Source: Acidimicrobiia bacterium (GTDB taxonomy: Bacteria; Actinomycetota; Acidimicrobiia; Spongiisociales; UBA11373). From it: 64,000 nt of DNA. Every line of letters begins with the position of its first letter. The first letter of the stretch is position 1. Positions 40,682 to 48,775 of the stretch are shown here, piece by piece. A program made the translations under genes and the position numbers. The notes beneath the pieces are model-generated. The model was not told the DNA's origin and searched no databases. It saw nothing but the letters and a program-made list of their open reading frames with translations. The stretch lies in the NCBI GenBank assembly GCA_036478235.1, contig JAZGDZ010000040.1, positions 12,841 to 76,840 on the forward strand, in the 5' to 3' direction.

Positions 40682-41704
40682 TCAGCAGGGTCCCACCGCA
40701 CACGAGGGAGGCGGTACCGGGGCCCGGGCAACATGATCGACGAACCTCTTGATCGACGACACGAGGGATACGTCGATTTTCACCCGGTGACCCTGGGGCA
40801 GCCATATGTACCGGACGCTGGTACCCAGGTCACAACCGAACCAGAATCCCGCCTGGCCGCCCGTGTGCGTGGTCGTGATCGGATCCTCTGCGGAGCAGCC
40901 ATTCCGATCGACCCAGCGCCGGACGGTCTCTTCGGCAGACGGATATGGCGCCCACACCTCGTTCAAGACTGACAGGCTGCCGCCTCTGAAGGAGACGGCT
41001 CGATCGTAGATGCCGTGAACGTGCAGGACGCTCACGGGGTATGACGGGGTGCAAGCGGAGGGGTCCCAGGGTTCGACACCCGAGATGGCAACCACCGCGG
41101 TGACCAGATCAGAGATGTCGCAGGCGAGCCGGTAGGCCATGAAGGCGCCGTTGGAGAGCCCCACAACGATCACCCGGCTGGGGTCTACGGGGTAGCGCTC
41201 GATGGCCTCCGTGATGAATTGCCGAAGATAGGACACGTCGTCGTTGCCCCGCAGATAGCGATCGCAGCAGGTCGGAGTCGCGTTCCAGTACGGCCGCCCC
41301 AGAGCGTCGGTCAGACCGGCGGGGGCGACGATGATCCAGCCCGATGTCACCGCGACCTGCCCGATGGCAAAGTTGTTGACGACGTCCTCGACGCGTCCGG
41401 AATACGAATGCAGCAGCACGATGAGGGGCCGCTCCCGGTCTCCCAGATCCGGCGGCAGCAGCTTTCCAGGGATCCGCTCCTCGGAAGAGGCCTCCACGGG
41501 CGCGGCGCTCTCTGGTTCGCTCTCACCCCGCAGGATGACAGGATCCTGACGGCCACCCCGGTCCTCCTCTGCCCCGGCACTCTCGGGGATGGAGGCAGCA
41601 CCCGGACGCGGCGCCACCACCAGGCCGATCGTCGCGGCACAGACCGCCAAGACGAGTGCGGAGCGAACCTTGCGATGGTGAGAAAGAAATCGCATGGGTG
41701 TCAT
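40682..41704 (-). CDS. Secreted alpha/beta-hydrolase (PHB-depolymerase/LpqC-type esterase)
   Basis: Signal peptide, GLSNGAFM nucleophile elbow, and an esterase_phb-like fold. Confidence 0.75.
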   Translation of the reverse strand: MTPMRFLSHHRKVRSALVLAVCAATIGLVVAPRPGAASIPESAGAEEDRGGRQDPVILRGESEPESAAPVEASSEERIPGKLLPPDLGDRERPLIVLLHSYSGRVEDVVNNFAIGQVAVTSGWIIVAPAGLTDALGRPYWNATPTCCDRYLRGNDDVSYLRQFITEAIERYPVDPSRVIVVGLSNGAFMAYRLACDISDLVTAVVAISGVEPWDPSACTPSYPVSVLHVHGIYDRAVSFRGGSLSVLNEVWAPYPSAEETVRRWVDRNGCSAEDPITTTHTGGQAGFWFGCDLGTSVRYIWLPQGHRVKIDVSLVSSIKRFVDHVARAPVPPPSCAVGPC

Positions 41705-41713
41705 CCCACCCTA

Positions 41714-42286
41714 TTACACACCCGGATCACGGCCGAGCCGACGGCACGCGGCCGTCGCGGTCACCGCCCGGACAACCCCGGATACGGCTGTGGCCGCCCT
41801 GATGGTGGATCCGGTCGTGACGACATCGTCCACGAGCACCGATCCCGGAGGGATCGGCGCGGCCCGGGCGAACCCGGGCACACCGCGCCGCTGACCGCTT
41901 GCCGATCCGGCTCGTCGCCGGCGCCACAGGCCCGGCCGTAACGCCCGCACGACCGGGAGACCCGACAATGCAGCCACGGCCTCGGCCAATTCGACAGCCG
42001 AATCGACGCCGTAGCGGCGGCGGCGCACAGAGACCCGGGGAAGCGGGATCAGCGCCGTACAGTCCGGAGGAAGCAGCGGCACCATCGCCCGAGCGAGTCG
42101 TTCGGCGACACCTGACACCGCCTCGTATTTCAGTCGGTGAACGAGTCTCCTGGCCGCGCCCTCGTGCGCAAAGGCACTCCGCACCAAGACACGCCCGACG
42201 AGCCGGTCCGGAGCCGGCGCCAGAGTCGCCAAGCAATACCGACACAGGGAGTGCGCAGAAGCTCGGCGGCAGGCGACACACGTCAT
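41714..42286 (-). CDS. comF: ComF family protein (phosphoribosyltransferase-like)
   Basis: N-terminal Cys cluster (CVACRRASAHSLCRYC) and a C-terminal PRT motif VLVDDVVTTGST. Conserved upstream of hpf/secA in actinobacteria. Confidence 0.75.
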   Translation of the reverse strand: MTCVACRRASAHSLCRYCLATLAPAPDRLVGRVLVRSAFAHEGAARRLVHRLKYEAVSGVAERLARAMVPLLPPDCTALIPLPRVSVRRRRYGVDSAVELAEAVAALSGLPVVRALRPGLWRRRRAGSASGQRRGVPGFARAAPIPPGSVLVDDVVTTGSTIRAATAVSGVVRAVTATAACRRLGRDPGV

Positions 42287-42445
42287 GCGGCACCAGGTTG
42301 AGCTTCCGATGTGACATGCCTGCGCGATGACTAGTCACCTGCGCCGCGAGACAATGACCCGACTCCAAACGCGTAGCGCGTTGAGCGACCACGGAGCGTG
42401 ATCTAGGGTGGGCTCCCTGGAGGAGACAGGAGAAAGGGAGGGCGG

Positions 42446-44233
42446 ATGCCGCTCGACGTTCAGGTGACGCGGGAACGGCAGCGGCGACGCCGGCTGCGCC
42501 GAATCGCATGGCTTCTCGCCCCCTTGGTGACCTGGCTGTGGCTACGCCTGATCTTCGACACCCCGGTCTCGCCCGGATGGCCCGAACTCCCGCCGGAGGC
42601 CATGTTCTGGCTTCCCGGGGTCCTCATCATCCTGCTCCTCGGTGTGGTGCTGATTGCTCCGATGATCGGCAACGGACGGTCTCCGGAGGTCGTGTTCCTC
42701 CCGGAGCAGATCGACGTCTCGTTCGAGGACGTCAAGGGACTCGGGCCGGTGCTGACGGAGGTTCGTCACACGCTCGACGTCTTCTTGAACCATCAGCAGT
42801 TTCGCGATCAGATGGGCGGGCAGCCGCGTCGCGGCATCCTGTTCGAGGGCCCGCCGGGCACGGGCAAGACCCACACCGCCAAGGCGCTTGCCAGGGAAGC
42901 GGGGGTGCCGTTTCTCTTCGTCTCGTCGACGGCATTCCAGAGCATGTGGTACGGCGCCACCGCCCGCAAGATTCGGGCGTACTTCCGCCGCTTGCGCAAG
43001 GTCGCCCGGCAGGAGGGCGGAGCGATTGGGTTCATCGAGGAGTTCGACGCCATTGGAGGACGCCGCGGCAGCATGCAGCGGGCGCTACCGGCGGAGGACC
43101 GGCTGAATCGGGCTGCAATCTCCGAAGGTATCGGTGGAGTGGTCAACGAACTGCTCGTGCAGATGCAGTCGTTCGACGACCCTCCGCGTAGCGTCCGGTT
43201 CGGTAACGCCCTCAAGCGAACGGTAAACAAGTTGCTGCCGTCCCACCGCCACTTCAGGACGAGCAAGCCTCAGTTCGCCAACATCCTGCTCATCGGTGCG
43301 ACCAACCGGGCCGAGGCGCTCGATCCCGCCCTGCTGCGTCCCGGCCGATTCGATCGCGTGTTTCACTTCCCCCTCCCGGCCCGCAAGGAAAGGCGCGAGC
43401 TGATCGACTTCTTCCTGACGACCAAGGCCCACGACGACACGGTCGATGACACAGCCCGCGACGATCTCGCCGCGACCACGATGGGGTACTCGCCGGCTTC
43501 CCTGGAGCGGCTCTTCGACGAGGCACTCCTCTTCGCGTTACGGGAGGACCGCGACAGCCTGGGGGTGACCGATCTGCACAGGGCGCGCCTGGATGTGGAG
43601 ATCGGTCTGGCCGAGCCCACCGAGTACACCGAGGAGGAGCGGGAAAATATCGCCGTCCACGAAGCCGGGCACGCGGTAGTCGCCTATTTGGCGGGCAAGG
43701 GCCGGAAAATGAACTTCCTGTCGATCGTCAAGCGCAAGGATGCCCTCGGGCTGCTGGCTCACAGCGAGACCGAGGAGCGCTACACGAAGCGGCGAAGCGA
43801 GACTCTGGCACTGATGCAAATAGCGCTCGGCGGCATGGTGGCAGAGGAGCTCTTCTTTGGAGAGTCGGGAACCGGCCCGGTGAACGACTTGGCGACGGCG
43901 ACCAACATCGCGGTCGAAATGGTCGGATCCATGGGTCTCGGATCCTCTTTGATCTCCTTCCGAGCAGTCGATCAAGGCATGGTCGGCGGAAATCTCGTCG
44001 CCAAGGTTCTGGCCGACGACAAGGCCCGGGACGCGGTGGACGCGCTGCTACACGAACAGAAGGCAGTGGTTGTCGCCCTGCTGAGGGATAATCGGCATCT
44101 CATCGAGGCGTTGCGCGACGCCCTTGTCGACGGTGACGAACTCGCCGGACGCGAGATCGTCGAAGTCCTCGACGCGGCGCGCGATGGGCAGGAAGCAACG
44201 ATCGATCTGAGGGAGGAAGGTGTTAGGAGTTAG
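42446..44233 (+). CDS. Divergent FtsH-family AAA+ zinc metalloprotease (short periplasmic loop, insertion in the AAA module, M41 HEAGH site)
   Basis: 2 TM, Walker A GPPGTGKT, Walker B IGFIEEFD, SRH IGATNRAEALDPALLRPGRFDR, HEAGHAVVAY. Strong RBS GGAGGAGACAGGAGAAAGGGAGGG. Confidence 0.8.
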   Translation: MPLDVQVTRERQRRRRLRRIAWLLAPLVTWLWLRLIFDTPVSPGWPELPPEAMFWLPGVLIILLLGVVLIAPMIGNGRSPEVVFLPEQIDVSFEDVKGLGPVLTEVRHTLDVFLNHQQFRDQMGGQPRRGILFEGPPGTGKTHTAKALAREAGVPFLFVSSTAFQSMWYGATARKIRAYFRRLRKVARQEGGAIGFIEEFDAIGGRRGSMQRALPAEDRLNRAAISEGIGGVVNELLVQMQSFDDPPRSVRFGNALKRTVNKLLPSHRHFRTSKPQFANILLIGATNRAEALDPALLRPGRFDRVFHFPLPARKERRELIDFFLTTKAHDDTVDDTARDDLAATTMGYSPASLERLFDEALLFALREDRDSLGVTDLHRARLDVEIGLAEPTEYTEEERENIAVHEAGHAVVAYLAGKGRKMNFLSIVKRKDALGLLAHSETEERYTKRRSETLALMQIALGGMVAEELFFGESGTGPVNDLATATNIAVEMVGSMGLGSSLISFRAVDQGMVGGNLVAKVLADDKARDAVDALLHEQKAVVVALLRDNRHLIEALRDALVDGDELAGREIVEVLDAARDGQEATIDLREEGVRS

Positions 44234-44273
44234 GAGTCAGGTTTTCCTAATACCTAATACCTAATATCTAGGT
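44222..44273. terminator. Bidirectional terminator hairpin built from heptamer repeats (GTTAGGA x2-3 / CCTAATA x3) between the convergent ftsH-like gene and ahcY, with both stop codons inside it
   Basis: tgttaggagttaggagtcagg-ttttc-ctaatacctaatacctaatatctagg. The arms are near reverse complements. Locally AT-rich. Confidence 0.7.
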
Positions 44274-45515
44274 CCCTTGCTCCCAGCTCGCCAGATACTC
44301 CTCCTGCTCCGGCGTGAGCGTCTCGAGCCCTCCACCGATCGCTTCGAGGGCGATCGCAGCCACCTCGACATCGATGCTCTCGGGTAGCCGATGAACCCTG
44401 TTCTCAAGTGCGGCACCTTCGCTGATCAGCCACTCGGCCGCCAGCGCCTGATTGGCGAACGACATATCCATGACCTCGGCAGGATGTCCCTCGGCCGCAC
44501 CGAGGTTGACGAGGCGTCCTTCGGCGATCACGTGGAGTCGCCGGCCGTCGGGCATGGTCCACTCGTCGAGCTCGTGGCGCATCCGACGCTTTCCGGTCGC
44601 GGTGGCTTCGAGGTGGCCCAGATCGAGCTCCACGTCGAAGTGGCCGGCGTTGGCGAGAATCGCACCGTCCTTCATCAGATCGAAGTGCTCGCCCCGCAGC
44701 ACCCGTAAGTTCCCGGTGACGGTGATGAACACGTCGCCCGATCGGGCGGCCTCATCGGCCGTAGCAACGGTGTATCCCTCCATCGCGGCGGAGAGCGCCC
44801 GCACCGGATCAATCTCGACCACGACGACTTTCGCCCCCAGGCCCGCTGCTCGAGCAGCCACCCCGACCCCACAGTCACCGAACCCGACGACGACGACAGT
44901 CTTACCGGCAATGAGGAGGTTGGTGGCCCGGATGATCCCATCCATGGCGGACTGGCCGGTCCCGTGACGATTGTCGAACAGATGCTTGGTGGCCGAGTCG
45001 TTTACGGCGACGACCGGGAACCGGATGACCCCGTCCTGTTCCATAGCGCGCAAACGAATGACTCCGGTCGTGGTCTCCTCCGTGGATCCAATCGGTTGCT
45101 GATCGGGACGCTCCTTGAGCAGCATGGTCACAAGGTCAGCGCCGTCGTCCATAGTCACGTGAGGGCCTGCGTCCAGGACCGCCCGAAGATGTGAGTAGTA
45201 CGTTTCGTTGTCCTCGCCGCGGACGGCGAACACCGGAATCCCGTCGGCCACCAGCGCAGCGGCGACGTCATCCTGGGTCGAGAGTGGATTCGAGGCGCAC
45301 AGCATGACCTCCGCCCCTCCGGCGCGCAGCGTGGCCATCAGGTTGGCGGTCTCCGAGGTCACGTGGAGACAGGCCCCGATCCGCTTCCCGGCGAGCGGAG
45401 TCTCCTTTTCGAATCGCTCCCGGATGGAGGCCAGGACGGGCATCCTCCCCCGAGCCCACTCGATCCGGAGGGCACCCGCTTCGCCCAGGGACAGATCGGC
45501 TATGTCGTAGTTCAT
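44268..45515 (-). CDS. ahcY: Adenosylhomocysteinase
   Basis: 415 aa, NAD-binding GFGDCGVG, strong SAHH similarity throughout. Confidence 0.95.
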   Translation of the reverse strand: MNYDIADLSLGEAGALRIEWARGRMPVLASIRERFEKETPLAGKRIGACLHVTSETANLMATLRAGGAEVMLCASNPLSTQDDVAAALVADGIPVFAVRGEDNETYYSHLRAVLDAGPHVTMDDGADLVTMLLKERPDQQPIGSTEETTTGVIRLRAMEQDGVIRFPVVAVNDSATKHLFDNRHGTGQSAMDGIIRATNLLIAGKTVVVVGFGDCGVGVAARAAGLGAKVVVVEIDPVRALSAAMEGYTVATADEAARSGDVFITVTGNLRVLRGEHFDLMKDGAILANAGHFDVELDLGHLEATATGKRRMRHELDEWTMPDGRRLHVIAEGRLVNLGAAEGHPAEVMDMSFANQALAAEWLISEGAALENRVHRLPESIDVEVAAIALEAIGGGLETLTPEQEEYLASWEQGT

Positions 45516-46507
45516 TCGGACTCTCCTGCGAGACGGATCTTGAAGTCTTCGATGATGTCGACCGGCATCGGGTCGGACGCCGATCGCTCGGCGAGAGCGA
45601 GCGATACGAGGTCGCCCACGACGGTCAGCGAGAACAGGCGGGCAACAGTACTGATTCCGCGCGAAGCCACAACTTCCGCCCCATCGACCATTCCTTCCAT
45701 CAGCCTTCTGGTCAGCCGGCCGCGAAGCGAGACGCGGGGATGGTCACCGGAGTCGCTGAGGAACACCGCCCCGAACGAGCCGGCCGAGAAGTCGGGGTGG
45801 GCCGTCCATCCGACGATGTCGTTGTGATCGGCTTCGGGGAGCGGCACCCAGGCCGCCGGGGCCTTGGCGTTCTCGTTGATCTGGGTCTTCCACCGGTTGG
45901 CGGCTACCGATGCCGGGCCGCTTCCCCCGTATACCACCGTCATCCGGCCTGCCAGAGCCTCGGCCAGGCGGGCTGCAGTCTCCGGCCCCTCGCCGTCGAG
46001 GATCGCCCCTGTGACGTCTGCGGCCTCCCGCAAGTCTTCCGATTGCGGCCCGACTATCCCGGCAGATTCCAATACTCGGAGGGTGGCTCCGACCAAGTGA
46101 CCGAAGGCGGCGCGCGGCTGGGGGCAGGGAGGGACCACGACCGTCGAAAACCCCACTTCCGCGGCCCGCTCTGCCATCGCTCCTCCCGTCGTCACCCCCA
46201 CGAGCGCGAACCCTCCGGCGAGGGCGGCCGACACCGAAGTCGCCGTCTCTTCGGTATTGCCGCTGTGTGACACCGCGACGACCAGATCCTCCGATCCCAC
46301 CCAACGAGGCAGGTCATAGGACTTGTGAACGACGACCCGGCGACCGGCCTCCTCGGCGACGACCGCGGCGACATCGCCGGCGATCCCGGACCCACCCATG
46401 CCGGCGACTATCGCTGCCTCGGCCGAGGGCGTGTCAGGAATCTGGAGATCGGCCGCCCAGCGGAGCTGCTCGGGGAGCTGCTGCACGAGTTGCAGCATCG
46501 TCGTCAT
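45512..46507 (-). CDS. SIS-domain bifunctional phosphoglucose/phosphomannose isomerase
   Basis: Two SIS domains (GMGGSGIAGD, SHSGNTEET). Position is equivalent to manA next to manB. Start ATG 46507 (MTTMLQL). Confidence 0.75.
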   Translation of the reverse strand: MTTMLQLVQQLPEQLRWAADLQIPDTPSAEAAIVAGMGGSGIAGDVAAVVAEEAGRRVVVHKSYDLPRWVGSEDLVVAVSHSGNTEETATSVSAALAGGFALVGVTTGGAMAERAAEVGFSTVVVPPCPQPRAAFGHLVGATLRVLESAGIVGPQSEDLREAADVTGAILDGEGPETAARLAEALAGRMTVVYGGSGPASVAANRWKTQINENAKAPAAWVPLPEADHNDIVGWTAHPDFSAGSFGAVFLSDSGDHPRVSLRGRLTRRLMEGMVDGAEVVASRGISTVARLFSLTVVGDLVSLALAERSASDPMPVDIIEDFKIRLAGESE

Positions 46508-46673
46508 TCGGGGTCGGGGCGGTAGGCGGATTCGAGCAACATCACCGGGATCCCGTCCACGACCGGGAAGTGCAGTCCGCACCCGGTGCAAACGAGATCC
46601 CCCTCGCCCGCTTCGAGCGTGGAACGGCACTCGATGCATCGCAGGATCTCGAGCAACTCCTCAGGAACCGCCA
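46504..46673 (-). CDS. Trm112-like small zinc-ribbon protein (DUF343), 56 aa, not in the ORF track
   Basis: Hand translation (GTG 46673) gives MAVPEELLEILRCIECRSTLEAGEGDLVCTGCGLHFPVVDGIPVMLLESAYRPDPE*. ATGA overlap with the downstream gene. Confidence 0.7.
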
Positions 46674-48013
46674 CTCTCGACCTCCTCGATCAGGGACCGG
46701 ACCCGGGAGATCAGTTCGTCGAGGCCCTTGCGGTCTGCCGCCTCGACGTTCAGCCGGAGTACCGGCTCCGTGTTCGAAGGCCTCAGGTTGAACCACTTGT
46801 CGCCCAGATCGACCGTGATGCCGTCGAGCCTATCGCCACCCGAGAACACCTTGGCGACCCTTTCGATCTCGACTTCGGGGTCGGCAACTCTCATGTTGAT
46901 CTCTCCGGACTGGACATACGGTTCGAATCCCCGGCGCAGTTCCGAAAGTGGGGTCCCGGCCTCGGAGAGCAGGCGCATCATCACCAGCATGGTGAGCAGC
47001 CCGGAGTCTGCCCCATAGTTGTCCCGGTAGTAATAGTGGCCGCTGTGCTCACCGCCGAAGACCGCCCCCGTTTCCCGCATGATCGCCTTGATGTACGAGT
47101 GCCCGACCCGGGTCCGAACCGGCAAACCGCCGGCGGCCTTCACGGCCTCGGGCACTGCCCGCGAGCAGATCAGATTGTGGACGATGCTCTCCCCGGGGTG
47201 ATCCTTCAGGAACCAGTCGGCAACCATGGCGGTCACGGTGCTGCCGGGGAGGGCGACGCCCGTGTCGTCGATGAAGAACGCTCGATCGGCGTCGCCGTCG
47301 AAGGCGACCCCTAGGTCGGGTTTCTCGCGGCTCATGAGCGTCGAGAGATCGATGAGGTTCTCGGGCCGCATCGGATCCGGATGGTGATGCGGGAAGGTCC
47401 CGTCCGGCTCGAGGTAGAGGCCGATCAGGTCGGCGTCGATCAGGTCGAAGAGTGACGGCACCGCGACCCCGGCGACGCCGTTCCCGCCGTCTACCGCCAC
47501 GCGGAGACCGGCTATCGCCCCGGCTCCGGACACATCGATCAGGTGCTGCACATACGAATCGAGGAGCGAGACAGGAGCGGTTTCTCCACCGGAGAGGCGC
47601 GGGGGCTCGTCGGCGGCGAGCGCTCTGACCTCACCGAGGCCTGAATCTGCTCCGACGGGAGCGGCACCCGACAGACACAGCTTGATGCCGTTGTGACCCT
47701 TGGGGTTGTGAGAAGCCGTGATCATGGCGCCCGGCTCGTCCAGATGCCCGGCGGCGAAGTAGACCATGTCCGTCGTGATCATCCCGAGGTCGTCCACCGC
47801 TACCCCGGCGGCGTGGATTCCGTCGATGAGCGCCGTGGCCAGGATGGGCGATGACAGTCTGGCGTCGCGGCCGACGGCGATGCGTTCGGCCCCGGCGAAT
47901 CGGGCGAAGGCGTGGCCGATCCGGCGCGCCGCCGCCTCGTCGAGCTGGTCCGGTACGACACCGCGCACGTCGTACGCCTTGAAGATCGCGTCGAGGTCCA
48001 TGAATCGCGACAT
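46661..48013 (-). CDS. manB: Phosphomannomutase/phosphoglucomutase
   Basis: MSRFMDLDAIFKAYDVRG... with TASHNP active-site Ser and GGEHSGH. Confidence 0.92.
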   Translation of the reverse strand: MSRFMDLDAIFKAYDVRGVVPDQLDEAAARRIGHAFARFAGAERIAVGRDARLSSPILATALIDGIHAAGVAVDDLGMITTDMVYFAAGHLDEPGAMITASHNPKGHNGIKLCLSGAAPVGADSGLGEVRALAADEPPRLSGGETAPVSLLDSYVQHLIDVSGAGAIAGLRVAVDGGNGVAGVAVPSLFDLIDADLIGLYLEPDGTFPHHHPDPMRPENLIDLSTLMSREKPDLGVAFDGDADRAFFIDDTGVALPGSTVTAMVADWFLKDHPGESIVHNLICSRAVPEAVKAAGGLPVRTRVGHSYIKAIMRETGAVFGGEHSGHYYYRDNYGADSGLLTMLVMMRLLSEAGTPLSELRRGFEPYVQSGEINMRVADPEVEIERVAKVFSGGDRLDGITVDLGDKWFNLRPSNTEPVLRLNVEAADRKGLDELISRVRSLIEEVESGGS

Positions 48014-48052
48014 TCTACGGGTCGCAACCCCATCCCTAGACTTCACCGGCCG

Positions 48053-48775
48053 ATGCCCGATTCTCCCGCCATCAGTGCCGTGATCCCGGTCCACAACGAG
48101 GCGAGCTTCATCGGCGGCGCACTCCCCCGTCTCGTCGCAGCCCTCGAGAGCGTCGACCGGTCGTTCGAGGTCATCGTGGCCGAGAACGGGTCGAGCGACG
48201 ACACCGCCCGCATGGCGACCGAGGCGACGGCCGGTGACGACCGGATCAGCGTGATGCGCCTCGCCGAGGCAGATTACGGCGCCGCCATGCGGGCCGGGTT
48301 TCTCGCCGCGAGCGGAGACTGGGTGGTCAACTTCGACATTGACTACTTCTCGGCAGAGTTCCTCAGGGCGGGATTCGAAGTGGCGGATTCGGCGGACCTG
48401 ATCCTCGCCTCCAAGCGGGTGCACGGCGCCGACGATCGCAGATCGGCCTTGCGGCGGCTCGGCACATGGGGGTTCACCCTCATGGTTCGGCTGCTCCTCC
48501 GGTCGAAGGTGACGGACACCCACGGCATGAAGATGGTGCGGAGGTCGGTAGTGGATCGGGTGGTGCCTTCCGTGCGCTCGACCGAGGACCTGTTCGATAC
48601 CGAGCTCGTCGTGCGTGCCGAGCGTCAGGGCTTTCGCATCGCCGAGGTTCCTGCCGTTGTCGAAGAGATGCGGACGGCGCGCTCCTCACTCATCGGCCGG
48701 GTCCCGCGCACCGTTTGGGGACTGCTGCGAATCCGGAGGCAGCTGCGCAAGGAAGCGCGGTCAGGCGACCTCTAA
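48053..48775 (+). CDS. GT2 polyprenyl-phosphate glycosyltransferase (Ppm1/GtrB-like dolichyl-phosphate mannose synthase family)
   Basis: ISAVIPVHNEASFIG...IVAENGSSDDT...DIDY are GT-A DxD motifs. 240 aa soluble catalytic domain. Confidence 0.8.
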   Translation: MPDSPAISAVIPVHNEASFIGGALPRLVAALESVDRSFEVIVAENGSSDDTARMATEATAGDDRISVMRLAEADYGAAMRAGFLAASGDWVVNFDIDYFSAEFLRAGFEVADSADLILASKRVHGADDRRSALRRLGTWGFTLMVRLLLRSKVTDTHGMKMVRRSVVDRVVPSVRSTEDLFDTELVVRAERQGFRIAEVPAVVEEMRTARSSLIGRVPRTVWGLLRIRRQLRKEARSGDL

